A DNA stretch of 64,000 nt from an uncultured delta proteobacterium (GCA_963745035.1 CAVUVW010000014.1:736001-800000), one strand, 5' to 3'; counted from the stretch's first letter, positions 49,944 through 61,488 are shown. Program-made: numbers and translations. The notes: a model not told the origin generated them from the sequence alone.

Positions 49944-51917
49944 ATGGTCAAATCTCATCATTTACACGGACTGAGCGCATCCGATTTTGCGGGGTCGGCG
50001 GCGCGCCGTTTGGTCTATTGCGGAGACAACGAGATTGCAAGGTCACTGAAAGGACAGAATAGTGACTGGATCATTGCTCCGTTGCCGAAGACATTCAGCG
50101 ACAGTCCGGCGGTCGTTGTCGCCGATGATCTAAAGGTCTTCACCGACGACTTGCGCGACGCGGTCGCGAACGATCACGCCCGGTTCATTTACCTATCCCA
50201 GTCGGCGGAAAATCTGTCCGACGCGCCGCAGGTTCTCCCGGTCTTTGGTTTTCTGGCAGGTCCGGTGCGCATCGAGACGCTTTGTCGCGTTATTGCGGCG
50301 GCATTCGAAAATCTCGCGCTGAGTCACCGGCAAGCGCGGCTCGAAAGCGAGCTCGAGCGCGCCAAAAGCGAGATCCATCAGCTCAACGAAATCGGCATAG
50401 CGCTCTCGACGGAACGAGATCGCGAAGCGTTGCTTGACCTGATCCTGCAGAAGAGCCGAGAAATTACCAACAGCGACGCGGGTTCGCTCTATTTGGTCGA
50501 GCAAGACGACCAAGGGGGCAGGCGGCTGCTCTTCAAGTTTGCGCAAAATGACAGCATGAATATTTCCTTCCGTGAATCGGTCCTGCCTTTGGATAGTTCG
50601 AGCGTGGCCGGTTACGTCGCTACGACCGGCAATGAGATTCGTCTTGCCGATGTCTATCAAATCCCACCGTCTTTTCCTTTTGACTTCAATCGCAAATTCG
50701 ACGAGGAAACCGGCTACCGCACCAAGTCGATGCTCGCCGTGCCGGCGAAGGATCCTCGCGGCGAGATTATCGCGGTGGTCCAACTGATTAATTGCAAGCG
50801 CAATTTCGATGCGCGGCTAGGTCAACAAAACGTCGACGACATCGTGATTTCTTTTCCGGAAGAGTGCCTTGTTCTCCTCAGATCCCTGGCGAGTCAAGCG
50901 GCGGTGGCGATCGAAAATATCCACCTCTACGAAAGCATCGAAACGTTGTTCGAAGGCTTTGTCCGGGCCTCGGTGAGCGCCATCGAGTCCCGCGATCCGA
51001 CAACCCATGGCCACTCCTTCCGTGTCGCGGATCTCACCGTCGGATTGGCGCAGGCCGTGGATCGCGACGACTCACGTGATTTTCGCGACATCCACTTCAG
51101 TCGCGCGGAGATGAAGGAAGTACGCTACGCGTCGCTGCTGCATGATTTCGGAAAAGTGGGCGTGCGCGAGGAGATTTTAGTCAAGGCAAAAAAACTCTAC
51201 CCTCTCCAGCTCGAGCTCGTGAAAGAGCGCTTCGCCTACGCGCGCAAGGAAATGGAGTGGCGGCAGAGCGAGCGACGGCTAGCCTACCTCTTGGAAAAAG
51301 GGCGGGAGGAGTTTCTCCGGCGGCAGCCCGAGTACCAGCGAGAGCTCGAAGAACAGTTGCGGGAAGTCGATGAGTTCCTGGCATTCATCGTGAAATGCAA
51401 CGAGCCGACGGTTTTACGCGACGGCAATTTCAAACAATTGCAAGAATTCGCGGCGCGGGAGTTCGTTGATTCAACAGGACGACACCGCTCCTTGCTTTCG
51501 GACCAGGAGTTGCAGTTGCTTTCGATTTCACGGGGTAACTTGGACGACGGAGAACGCCGTCATATTGAATCTCATGTGACTCACACACTCAATTTTTTAA
51601 GCCGGATCCCCTGGACCACGGAAATTAAAAACATTCCGGCGATCGCCTCGGCTCATCACGAGAAGCTTGATGGTACCGGCTATCCAAACAACTTGTCTGC
51701 CGCTGACATTCCGATTCAATCCAAGATGATGACGATCGCGGATATTTACGACGCGTTATCAGCGGCCGACCGTCCCTACAAAAAGGCGGTGGCGTCGGAG
51801 TTAGCGCTCGATATTCTCTTCGAAGAGGCGAAAGAGGGGCGAGTCGACGGTGCATTGCTGAAGCTATTCCGCGATGCGGAGATTTTCCGGGTCGCATCTA
51901 ACCGAAAAGCGTCTTAA
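49944..51917 (+). CDS. GAF + HD-GYP cyclic-dinucleotide phosphodiesterase
   Basis: GAF GYRTKSML, HSFRVA, LHDFGK, HHEKLDGTGYP, ADIYDAL..RPYKK. Confidence 0.9.
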   Translation: MVKSHHLHGLSASDFAGSAARRLVYCGDNEIARSLKGQNSDWIIAPLPKTFSDSPAVVVADDLKVFTDDLRDAVANDHARFIYLSQSAENLSDAPQVLPVFGFLAGPVRIETLCRVIAAAFENLALSHRQARLESELERAKSEIHQLNEIGIALSTERDREALLDLILQKSREITNSDAGSLYLVEQDDQGGRRLLFKFAQNDSMNISFRESVLPLDSSSVAGYVATTGNEIRLADVYQIPPSFPFDFNRKFDEETGYRTKSMLAVPAKDPRGEIIAVVQLINCKRNFDARLGQQNVDDIVISFPEECLVLLRSLASQAAVAIENIHLYESIETLFEGFVRASVSAIESRDPTTHGHSFRVADLTVGLAQAVDRDDSRDFRDIHFSRAEMKEVRYASLLHDFGKVGVREEILVKAKKLYPLQLELVKERFAYARKEMEWRQSERRLAYLLEKGREEFLRRQPEYQRELEEQLREVDEFLAFIVKCNEPTVLRDGNFKQLQEFAAREFVDSTGRHRSLLSDQELQLLSISRGNLDDGERRHIESHVTHTLNFLSRIPWTTEIKNIPAIASAHHEKLDGTGYPNNLSAADIPIQSKMMTIADIYDALSAADRPYKKAVASELALDILFEEAKEGRVDGALLKLFRDAEIFRVASNRKAS

Positions 51918-52190
51918 CCACCGCAGGTGCTGAAGGTTCATCTCTCATGAAGTCTGTCATCGTTCTCTCCGTTCGCGCCTGGGGCGCTGTTTTCATTTTC
52001 CCTGGCCGCGCTCGACCTCACTGTCTCCAGTCATAGGCTGCGTCATCGTCTTTCCTTTCCGCGCGGTGGTGAGATCACAGTCCGCCAAGATCTCCTCCTG
52101 GCTATGCTCCGCGCACCCTGCGGAAGCACTCGCGCAGCTCCTCTGTGAAAAGAGCCGGCTGCTCGAAGGCGGCGAAGGGGTCGCCCTTTT

Positions 52191-52943
52191 TTAGCTCGCT
52201 TTCTCCTCTGCCTCGCGCTTTCGGGCGGCTTCTCGAGGGTCGGTTATTATGTCGACCCACTTCGGGTCAGGCGAGGCCTCGGCGTCGTAGTTGTCGTGCC
52301 AGTTCCACCACTTGTACGGCGGGGTCTGGGGGTAACCCTCTGGCGAGTCCTCCCACTCCTCCTGGCGCCCGAGCGCAGTGATGTCGAGATAGTTCCAGGT
52401 GCTCCCCATCTGCTCGTCACCGCGGGCGTTGATGAAGTAGGTGCGGAACACCCGCTCGCCATCGCGGATGAACGCGTTCGTGCCGTGCCACTCGTCCACG
52501 CCGAAGTCGGTGTCGAAGCCGTCCGTGATGGTGTACCACGGCATCGTCCAGCCCATTCGTGCCTTCAGGCGCTCGATGTCCGTCTGCGGCGCGCGCGAGG
52601 CGAACGCGAGCGTGGTATCGCGCGCGTTCAGATGGGCTAAGTGGGCGACCTGGTCAGCCACGAAGGAGCAGCCGCGGCAGGCATGCTCGGGCCAGCCGAA
52701 CACCCCGGGCTCGAAGAAGGCGCGATAGACGATCAACTGCCGGCGGCCGTCGAACAGGTCGAGCAAGCTCGCCTTGCCCTTGGGCCCGTCGAACTCATAC
52801 TCCTTCTCCACCGCCAGCCACGGCATCCGTCGACGCTCGGCGGCCAGCGCATCACGGGAGCGGGTCAAGGCCTTCTCCTTCACGAGGAGCTGCTGGCGCG
52901 CCGCCTCCCACTCCTGCTGCGACACGATCGGGGGTGTCTTCAT
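52191..52943 (-). CDS. DUF899 thioredoxin-like protein
   Basis: EWEAARQQLLVKEK, DLFDGRRQL, CRGCS, LDITALGRQE. Confidence 0.88.
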   Translation of the reverse strand: MKTPPIVSQQEWEAARQQLLVKEKALTRSRDALAAERRRMPWLAVEKEYEFDGPKGKASLLDLFDGRRQLIVYRAFFEPGVFGWPEHACRGCSFVADQVAHLAHLNARDTTLAFASRAPQTDIERLKARMGWTMPWYTITDGFDTDFGVDEWHGTNAFIRDGERVFRTYFINARGDEQMGSTWNYLDITALGRQEEWEDSPEGYPQTPPYKWWNWHDNYDAEASPDPKWVDIITDPREAARKREAEEKAS

Positions 52944-53059
52944 CGCGAGATGCCCTTTCGGCGTGCTCCCTTGTCTCTCTCTTTGCTTGTTGCCATCTTA
53001 TTTCTCCTTTGTTTTCTGAAACAGACTGAGACGATTCGGTTTGAAAAATCTTCTGAACT

Positions 53060-53172
53060 TGCCGATGCACAGCTCGTCACTGCGCCGCGTTCGTTCCTTC
53101 TACGCCTTAGCAGTTCGAGCCTTGTTCCGAGCCACTCTTCACGTGTCCCGGTCATGTGTTTGTTTTCGTCAT
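53060..53172 (-). pseudogene. 5' fragment of a second DUF899 gene
   Basis: TGTREEWLGTRLELL...RRSDEL then breaks off. Confidence 0.55.
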
Positions 53173-53302
53173 CTCTCTTCTCTCATTCGTTCGACTGTCC
53201 TTCTTCCGTTCGCCGCCCGTGCGATGCTAAATCTATTTCATGACTAGCACCGAGCGCGGCAGTTGCAATGAGCGTGGGAGTTACAAATGTGACGGGATTC
53301 CG

Positions 53303-54527
53303 ATGGACTCGCTGATCACCACCGCGGCGCGGGCACTGGCGGCGGGCGATCCCCTCGGCGCGTTGAAGCGGGTCGCCCTGCGCGACGACGCGCCTGCGCT
53401 CGCGCTTCGAGGCATTGCGATGGCACAGCTCGGCGATCTCGTTCGAGCGAAGGCTCTCCTGCGACGTGCTGCGCGCGCCTTCGGTCCGAAAGAGGCCGTG
53501 GCCCGCGCGAGGTGCGTCGTCGCCGAGGCCGAGATCGCGCTTGTCTCGCGCGACCTCCGCTGGCCTGCGAAGGCGCTCGACGCGGCGCGGGCGACGCTCG
53601 AAGCGCACGCCGACCGGGCGAACGCCGCGCATGCGCGGTATGTCGAGATCCGGCGCCTCCTACTGATCGGGCGCATCGACGAGGCCGAGCGCACGCTCGC
53701 CGAGCTCGACCCCGCGCTGCTCCCTCCCGCGTCCAGGACCGCCCGCGAGCTGGTGGTCGCAGGCATCGCGATTCGACGCCTGAAGACGAAGGCGGCGCGC
53801 GCTGCGCTCGCTCGGGCCAAACGCGCGGCGCACCACGCACGCATCCCCGCACTGACGGCGGAGGTCGAAAGCGCATCCCTCGTTCTGAACACGCCCGCGG
53901 CGCGCCTGATTGACGAAGGGAAAGGAGCGACTCCTCGTGCTCGAGGAAGTCGAGAGCGTTGCTGGCATCGAAAGCATTCGTCGTGGACGCGTGCCGTCAT
54001 GTCGTGCGTGACGCATGCACCTTGGTCTCGCTCGCAAGGCGTCCGGTGTTGTTCGCGCTCGTACGCGCGCTGGGCGAAGCGTGGCCCGGAGACGTGCCGA
54101 GAGACATGCTCGTAGCGCGGGCATTCGGAGCAAAGCGCGCCAATGAATCGCATCGCGCGCGGTTGCGGGTCGAAGTCGGGCGGCTTCGCACGGTGCTTCG
54201 GACGATGGGCGACGTGAGCGCGACGCAGCGGGGTTTCGCGCTGGCACCGCGCGCGCGCACGCGAGGTAGTCGTGCTGGCTCCGCCCGTCGAAGAGGAGCA
54301 TGCGCGGGTGCTCGCCTTTCTCACCGACGGGGAATCGTGGTCGAGCTCGGCCCTTGCGCTTGCGCTTGGCAACGAGCCAGCGCACCGTGCAGCGGGCGCT
54401 CGACTCGCTTGAGGCAGCAGGCAAGGTGCAGTGGTTCGGTCGCGGGCGAGCGCGTCGTTGGATGACCCCGCCGGTGCCGGGATTCACGACGACATTGTTA
54501 CTCCCCGCTCCACTGCCGAGTGATTAG
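53303..54527 (+). CDS. TPR/HTH DNA-binding regulator divergent from DUF899, several frameshifts
   Basis: MDSLITTAARALAAGDPLGALKRVALRDD..., HRARLRVEVGRLR, SQRTVQRAL, PGFTTTLLLP spread over three frames. Confidence 0.7.
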
Positions 54528-54536
54528 GATGGAAGC

Positions 54537-55252
54537 ATGAGTCAATCAGTGGCCGAGATCGTTCGCGAGTATGGACCTTTTCCGGGTGTCGACCAGAGTG
54601 CATGGAGTCACCTATGACGGTCAGCGCGTCTGGTTTGCTGCTGGAGAGAGGCTGAACGCCTTCGATCCTGCGAGCGGGAAAGACGCTGCGCTCGATCGCT
54701 GTCGCCGCGAACGCAGGAACGGCCTTCGACGGCCGGCACCTGTTCCAGCTCGCCGGGGATCGCATCCAGAAGATCGACCCGAAGACCGGCCGAGTGCTCG
54801 GCACGATCCCGGCGCCCGGCGGCGGCGATGACTCGGGGCTCACGTGGGCCGAAGGGACTCTCTGGGTGGGGCAGTATCGGGACCGGAAGATCTATCAACT
54901 CGATCCCCAGACAGGGGCGATTCTTCGCACGATCGAGTCCAATCGCTTCGTTACCGGGGTTACCTGGATCGACGGAGAGCTGTGGCACGGCACCTGGGAA
55001 GGCGACGAGAGCGATTTGCGGCGAGTCGATCCTCGAACGGGAGAGATTCTGGAGCGGGTCGAGATGCCGCCCGGAGTGGCCATTTCGGGGCTCGAGTCCG
55101 ATGGCGGCGATCTGTTCTTCTGCGGCGGGGGAAGTAGCGGCAAGGTGAGGACCGTCCGCCGGCCCAAGCGAGGCTCCGGGACGGGCAGCAGCTCCAAGAT
55201 TCCCCTCGCCTCCACGAGGAAGCGCACATCATCCTCGAAAAAAAACAAGTGA
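54537..55252 (+). CDS. beta-propeller (glutaminyl cyclase-like/PQQ-repeat) protein, frameshifted
   Basis: VHGVTYDG, GTAFDG, SGLTWAEGTLWVG, SNRFVTGVTW, SGLESDG. Confidence 0.7.
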
Positions 55253-55269
55253 GGTCTGACTGGGATCAT

Positions 55270-55510
55270 GGTCTGCTGGTGAAAGGCACTCGCCGGGAAT
55301 GAAGAACTGGAAGATATCGCCGCAATGGTCCGGCCGAGCTGGGACAGACTCCTTAAGGAGGGCGATGGTAGAGGAATTGTTCCGGCATGCAGGGAGCATG
55401 GCTATCGGTTCACGAGATCGCGGCGCATCTGGGAGTGCATTACGCGACCGTGAGCCGGCGCCTCAACGGATGGAGCAGCGAAAACGAAATGTGTGATTGC
55501 AGACCTCGAT
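55270..55510 (+). pseudogene. C-terminal HTH relic of a REP-associated tyrosine transposase (RAYT)-like gene
   Basis: EHGYR..EIAAHLGVHYATVSRRL...CDCR. Confidence 0.45.
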
Positions 55511-55627
55511 GGTGCGACGCGCTTGCTTTGTCACCGGCTTAGCTTCTACACCCGCGGCCGCCTTTTTTTCTTGACCGGCTCGAGCGACGGATGTAGCCTC
55601 GGGGCGATTTCACCGCGAGGCGCCCGT

Positions 55628-56624
55628 ATGAAGTTGGGTTCTGTGATGTTCGTGCTCGTGCTTGGCGCGCTCACCAGCGCGGCCGACGGCGCGCAATCGA
55701 AGCTCAAACTTCCTCCCGGCCTTCAGGAAAGCGCCGCTTTCATTCCCGACGACAATCCGCTCACGCCGGAGAAGATCGCGCTCGGCAAACAGTTCTTTTG
55801 GGACAAACGATGGTCGCGAAACGGCACGGTAGCCTGTGTGACCTGCCATGAGCCAACTCACGGGTGGGGCGATCCGCGTCAGTTTTCCGCGCGATGGGAT
55901 GGGACACCGACGTCCCGGCACTCGCCGACGTTGGTGAATCGCGTGTTCAGCGACGCGCAACAATGGACCGGCCAGCGCACATCACTCGAAGATCAAGCGA
56001 TCAAAGCATCGGACCAATCGCCGGAGTTGCTGGTCAAGAACTTGGGCGCTATTTCCCTACTATCAACAGCAGCACCGCAAGATTTTCGGCACGGATCTCA
56101 ACCCCGAGGGCGTCGCCAAAGCGATCGCGGCCTACGAGCGGACGATCCTGTCGGGCAACTCGCCCTTTGATCGTTTCAATGGGGGCGACAAGAAGGCGCT
56201 GTCGGCAGCCGCGCAGCGCGGCTTGGCTCTATTCCAGGGAAAGGCCAATTGCGTGACGTGTCACGTCAGTTTCAATTTCACCGACGAAAACTACCACAAT
56301 CTTGGCGTGGGAATGGATAACGCGAAACCCGACCTGGGAAGATTTACGGTGACCAAAAACGACGACCATAGAGGAGCTTTCAAAACGCCGACCTTGCGCG
56401 ATGTCGCCAAACGGCCGCCGTACATGCACGACGGCAGCCTGAAGACTTTGGAAGATGTGGTCGCGTTTTACAACAAAGGAGGCACGCCGAATCAGTGGCT
56501 TTCGAAGGATATCCGCCCGCTCAATCTGACACCTGTAGAGCAAAAAGATTTGGTCGCGTTCATGGAAGCGCTGACCGGCCAAGTCGCGCCGGAAGTATCA
56601 ACCCCGCCGAAATTACCGGAGTAA
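55628..56624 (+). CDS. diheme cytochrome c peroxidase/MauG family, frameshift near 56055
   Basis: Signal peptide, LGKQFFWD, two CVTCH, RHSPTL, FKTPTLR, PYMHDGS. Confidence 0.88.
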
Positions 56625-56993
56625 AGAAAGCCCGAGAACCAGCGTTGCTGCAGTCCATTGGTCCATGAGGATTCGGCGATCGCCAATCGCTGCTCAGCGA
56701 CCGCGCGTTCGACATAGCGCAGAGCAGTTTCGCTCCATCAATCAATAGGATAGCCTGACAGCAACCATTTAGGAGAATTTTGATGCGAGCATTTCTTGCC
56801 GTGTGCCTTGCTCATGATGCTCGCGGGCTGCGGCGACAAAGCGAAGGATCTGTACGATACCGCGCAGCTCGAAGAGAAGCAGAACAACAGACCGCATGCG
56901 ACGAAACTTTATCGGCAGATCGTAGAAGACCATCCCGACTCGCCTTATGCGAATCAGGCCAAGAACCGTTTGGCGGAGTTGGAGAAAGCGCGT
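56385..56993 (+). repeat. direct repeat copy 1 (ccp 3' end plus lipoprotein gene)
   Basis: Sequence recurs at 60434-60965. Confidence 0.9.
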
Positions 56994-57041
56994 CAGATGT
57001 TTCATCAAGGATCCTGCCCTGCTCTCCCTCGGAAGCGCTGA
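56783..57041 (+). CDS. small TPR-like lipoprotein, frameshift near 56810
   Basis: LAGC lipobox, LYRQIVEDHPDSPYANQAK. Confidence 0.6.
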
Positions 57042-57359
57042 CTGGCCCGGAGGAGTATCAAGCAGTAAGGAAGAACTGCTATTGGTGCAGCCATTCATCT
57101 ACGATTTATTCCTTGAATTGGAAAAGTGGCCTGTCCCCTTTAGCTCTTTAGGTCGGCTGATGTGGCGCGCAGCTTGCCGGGACCCAAATCAACGGCGGAG
57201 TTGAAGTTCCACAGGGCGCAGGTCTCGGCGCAGACCCGGAGGATGACCTGATTGCACAGTTCAGAGTGTAAACCCGGATTATAAGTATTAAGGTCAGGCC
57301 GACCTTTCGCACGATCAACCGAATCGGCTGCACAGAGTAGCAGGGCTGTAACAATAGTT

Positions 57360-58769
57360 ATGAATCCGGAGACTCCGAGTCAGACGCGTAAATTGGCCAT
57401 TCTGCTGGACGTAGCCAACGCGCTCGCAAACCAGCTGCGACTTGATGATCTCTTGAGTACGATCATCGGTAAAACTGCCGAGGTGCTCGATGCCGAACGT
57501 GCCACGCTGTTTCTCTACGACCAAGCCCGCGATGAGTTGTGGAGTAAGACGGCCGACCAACTCGAGATAAGAGAGATTCGCTTTCGGATCGGCGTGGGTA
57601 TTGCCGGCGATGTGGCTCGAACGCGGACTGTCGCAAACGTAGCCGATGCTTATGCCGATCCGCGTTTTAACCAGGACTTTGATAAGCAAACGGGTTTTCG
57701 GACCCACTCGGTTCTATGCATGCCTCTAAGCGGTAGTCATCAAGAACTTATCGGCGTCATTCAGGTTTTGAACAAAAAGAGTCGCACAGGATTTGATGAA
57801 GAAGACGAATCTCTGCTCGGAGGGCTTAATGCCCATATCTCGGTCGCCCTTGAGCGCGCTCAGCTTATCGAAGCCTATATCGAAAAGGACCGAGTTCTGG
57901 AAAGTCAAAACAATGCCAAAACTAAAATGATCGATCACCTTTCGCACGAATTGAAAACACCCCTGGCGGTGATATCCGGCTCTTGCGGATTACTGCAAAA
58001 ATTGGCCGCCACACAGGACCCGCAGCGAACCCATATTATCGCGGAACGACTGCAGCGAGCGATCGGCAGACTGGTAGAGCTCCAGCTGGAGGCCTGTGAC
58101 ATTGCCGCGCAAAGACCATTTACTGAGGAAATCGTGCTGACGGATTGGTTGCGGCGCTGCCAGGACCTGCTCGAGAGCATCGTCGACGCGCAACACGCGC
58201 CGGCTTGGTTGCAGGAACGGCTGGCGCAGAGGATCGCTGAAACATACGCTCAGGATGCGAATCAGCGGCCCGAGACGTTGCTGATGGATGTCTGGATTCC
58301 CCAGGCAGTGGAAGCGATGCGCCCCGATTTCAAACATCGTCTGATTGCTTTGGAAAAGACACTTGAAGCAGTTCCGGCCGTATATCTTCCCGAGCCATTA
58401 CTCTTCAAATCTTTTCGCGGCTTGTTGCGCAACGCGATCGAAGCCACGCCCGACGGTGGAACCATAAGCCTGACCTTGCGCGAAGTGAGCGGCAACGTGA
58501 GACTGGATATTCGCGATAGCGGCGTCGGCATTGACACGGAGCTACAAGAACATCTATTCCATGGTTTCATACATGCGGGCACCACCGATCGCTATTCGTC
58601 GGGCCGACCCTACGACTTCGGCGCGGGCGGCAGGGGACTCGACTTACAACGACTCAAGCTTTTTTCGGAGCGTTATGGTTTCAAGCTTTCTTTCGCCAGT
58701 AAGGTTGGCGCGGGCAGCGTATTTTCGCTCGACTTTCCGCCGGCCCTGTTGAGGCCGCGTGACCGTTAG
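57360..58769 (+). CDS. GAF sensor histidine kinase
   Basis: GAF DPRFN..DKQTGFRT, HELKTPL, NAIEA, DSGVGI, GLDL. Confidence 0.9.
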   Translation: MNPETPSQTRKLAILLDVANALANQLRLDDLLSTIIGKTAEVLDAERATLFLYDQARDELWSKTADQLEIREIRFRIGVGIAGDVARTRTVANVADAYADPRFNQDFDKQTGFRTHSVLCMPLSGSHQELIGVIQVLNKKSRTGFDEEDESLLGGLNAHISVALERAQLIEAYIEKDRVLESQNNAKTKMIDHLSHELKTPLAVISGSCGLLQKLAATQDPQRTHIIAERLQRAIGRLVELQLEACDIAAQRPFTEEIVLTDWLRRCQDLLESIVDAQHAPAWLQERLAQRIAETYAQDANQRPETLLMDVWIPQAVEAMRPDFKHRLIALEKTLEAVPAVYLPEPLLFKSFRGLLRNAIEATPDGGTISLTLREVSGNVRLDIRDSGVGIDTELQEHLFHGFIHAGTTDRYSSGRPYDFGAGGRGLDLQRLKLFSERYGFKLSFASKVGAGSVFSLDFPPALLRPRDR

Positions 58770-58789
58770 GACGAAACCACGGAGCAATT

Positions 58790-59596
58790 ATGGCTGAAAA
58801 ACTTGCGCCGGCGGCGGCCGTTTCGGAAGATTTCTTTCGCGCGCTGGACACCCAACTTTTGGTCCACGAGTTGAAAGGACCGCTCTCATTGATCGAGGCG
58901 GCGGCCCGTACCCTGATCGAACAAGCCGGGCGAATGGGACCACTGACCGAGCGGCAAGAAAAAGCGATAAAGCGCATTCTTCGTGGAACCCTGCGAGGAA
59001 GGACACTGGTCAATCAACTGCTGGAAATCGGACGGGCCGAATCGGCGCAGTTTTCGTTGGCGTCTTTTGATGTCGGCGAGGCTGTGCTCAAAACATTGAT
59101 CGAATCTGTCGAAATCAGTGATGCCCAACTCGCCGCTCGCCTGAGCGAAGCCACCGCGGGCGATGCGCAGCAGGCGGTGCTTGCACACGCTGGAGTCACA
59201 ATGAAAATAGCTCCGGAGGCCAATCGGCTGCGAATTTTTCAGGATCCGGTCAAATTCGCTTTGATCGTCGGTAATTTGATCCAGAATGCATTGCATTTTC
59301 GCCGCCGATGGCTGGAGGTTGTTGTGGATCGAGAAGGTGCTGACCTGATAATTTCGGTGCAGGATGACGGTCCGGGTATTCCACCCGAGCACCATGCGGC
59401 TGTTTTCGAGCGTTACAAACAGCTGCCCATCCATGAGGGTTTCGAGCGAAAAGGCCATGGCCTGGGATTGGCGGGAGCGCTGATCCTAGCACGCCGGCTC
59501 GGCGGCGATATTTTTCTTGACAGCGTACCAGGTCAAGGCGCGACCTTTCGATTTAGAATCCCGGTGAATCGGGCAAAACCCAATGGAGCTGATTGA
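58790..59596 (+). CDS. sensor-less histidine kinase
   Basis: HELKGPL, NLIQNA, DDGPGI, GHGLGL. Confidence 0.88.
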   Translation: MAEKLAPAAAVSEDFFRALDTQLLVHELKGPLSLIEAAARTLIEQAGRMGPLTERQEKAIKRILRGTLRGRTLVNQLLEIGRAESAQFSLASFDVGEAVLKTLIESVEISDAQLAARLSEATAGDAQQAVLAHAGVTMKIAPEANRLRIFQDPVKFALIVGNLIQNALHFRRRWLEVVVDREGADLIISVQDDGPGIPPEHHAAVFERYKQLPIHEGFERKGHGLGLAGALILARRLGGDIFLDSVPGQGATFRFRIPVNRAKPNGAD

Positions 59597-59906
59597 CTGT
59601 CACGGAACATCCGACTGTTGGAATATTGAGATTCAGGCCTATTATTGTATGCAGGCCGACTCTTGTAATGAGTCGGCCGGTTGGTGTCAGTCAGTAACGC
59701 AAGAGCTCACCCGAGGTTGCAAGCCGGGATGTAAAGATTTAAACGAAGGGCTCGTGTGTTTTAAACCGGGGACGATGGTGTACAGGAAGCGATCCCGAAC
59801 GACGCTGTTAGTTGATCCACTTACTGGCGTGTTGTAAACGATTCTGCTGACTGCGTTATGCGGTCGGCTGATCGTCGCTCTAAATTCTAGGTGAAGGAGA
59901 AAATAG

Positions 59907-60434
59907 ATGGCGGAAAATACTTCCAATGCACGCATACAGGGGCTTCGGATCTTGGCCGTGGATGACGAGCCGGACATTTTAGAGACGATTGTCGATGTGC
60001 TCGACGGCGCAACGGTCGATTGCGCTAGAAGCTACCAAGAGGCTATGGAACGATTAAATCCCGGTGAGTCCAGGACACCGGCAAATGTGAAATACGATCT
60101 GGCGATTCTCGATATTATGGGCGTGGACGGCATGGCTTTACTGAGCCAAACCGTGAACCAACGTATTCCCACCGTGATGCTGACTGCCCATGCGATGAAT
60201 CCACAAACCCTGAAAGCATCCATTGTCAACGGCGCGTTATCCTATCTGCCGAAGGAAGAGCTCGCCAATCTCGCCGAGCACATCGATGATGTTTTGGATG
60301 CGGTCGAGAAGGGACAGTCGACCTGGAAGCGGCTATTCACGAGGTTGGGAAAATTCTTCGAAAAGGGTTTCGGACCTGCCTGGACATCGGACGACCCCGA
60401 ATTCTGGAGATATTACTATGGACCAATGATTTGA
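59907..60434 (+). CDS. response regulator (receiver plus short aromatic C-tail)
   Basis: AVDDEPD, LDIMGVDG, LTAHA, YLPK; GAAGGAG RBS. Confidence 0.88.
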   Translation: MAENTSNARIQGLRILAVDDEPDILETIVDVLDGATVDCARSYQEAMERLNPGESRTPANVKYDLAILDIMGVDGMALLSQTVNQRIPTVMLTAHAMNPQTLKASIVNGALSYLPKEELANLAEHIDDVLDAVEKGQSTWKRLFTRLGKFFEKGFGPAWTSDDPEFWRYYYGPMI

Positions 60435-60968
60435 CGCCGACCTTGCGCGATGTCGCCAAACGCCGCCGTACATGCACGACGGCGGCCTGAAGACTTTACA
60501 ACAGAGGCACGCCGAATCAGTGGCTTTCGAAGGATATCCGCCCGCTCAATCTGACACCTGCAGAGCAAAAAGATTTGGTCGCGTTCATGGAAGCGCTGAC
60601 CGGCCAAGTCGCGCCGGAAGTATCAACCCCGCCGAAATTACCGGAGTAAAGAGCTGGACAACTGGCGTTGCTGCAGCCCATTATCGACGATCGCTGCTCA
60701 GCGACTGGGCGGTCCACATAGCGGGCGGGACACCAACTATTTAGGAAAATTTTCAGGCGAATATTTCTTGCCGTCTGCCTGGTCCTGCTGCTTCGCGGGC
60801 TGCGGCGATAAAGCGAAGGCTTTATGCGATACCGCGCAGTTGGAAGAGAAGCAGAACAACAAGCCGCACGCTACGAAACTTTATCGGCAGATCGTAGAAG
60901 AATATCCGGATTCACCTTACGCGAATCGGGCGAAGACTCGTTTGGCCGAGTTGGAGAAAGCGCGTTAA
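60434..60968 (+). repeat. direct repeat copy 2 (degenerate ccp 3' end plus lipoprotein)
   Basis: ACGCCGACCTTGCGCGATGTCGCCAAAC... through GGAGAAAGCGCGT with internal deletions relative to copy 1. Confidence 0.9.
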
Positions 60969-61113
60969 ATATTCACCAAAGCCTCTGCCAAAAAAGGGGA
61001 GGCCGTCAACGCGCCGGCTTCATTCATCGGAATACCGCCCGGCCCGGCCGTGTTCGCCGGGCCCCCGTGTTTATGGTCATGGCCCAACTCGGCGCTGCGC
61101 CGTTTTCGATGGT

Positions 61114-61488
61114 TCAGAAACGTTGAAACAGCTCGATTGGATTCCCTGACGGGTCATCGATGAGTATCTGTCTGCCGCCATTGCCGGTCAAAATGTCGCT
61201 GCGGAACCGCCTGCCCTCCGTTTTCAACTTGCCGACCGTTGCTTCAAGATCTTCGACTTCGATCTGAATACGATTCCAACCGCCCGGCGTTGGAGTTTGG
61301 CCGTTTGGCATCGCCTGTCCAGCTCCACCTGCGCCCGGTCGATTCAACAGCAGCTGCAAATCACCGCGCGACAGACTCGCGAAACCCGGCGCCGGATGCA
61401 TTTCGAGTTTGAAACCTAGTAGCTCGGTATAAAAACCGATTGCCGCTGGGACATCATGCACTATATAGCGGACACTCACCTTACTCAT
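61114..61488 (-). CDS. VOC/glyoxalase family protein
   Basis: VRYIVHDV, FYTELLGF, GGWNRIQ, DPSGNPIELF. Confidence 0.9.
   Translation of the reverse strand: MSKVSVRYIVHDVPAAIGFYTELLGFKLEMHPAPGFASLSRGDLQLLLNRPGAGGAGQAMPNGQTPTPGGWNRIQIEVEDLEATVGKLKTEGRRFRSDILTGNGGRQILIDDPSGNPIELFQRF

Noticed and set aside
59583-59837. Cys-rich 84-aa ORF
   Set aside because: Overlaps the kinase end, has no recognisable motif, and is probably a chance ORF
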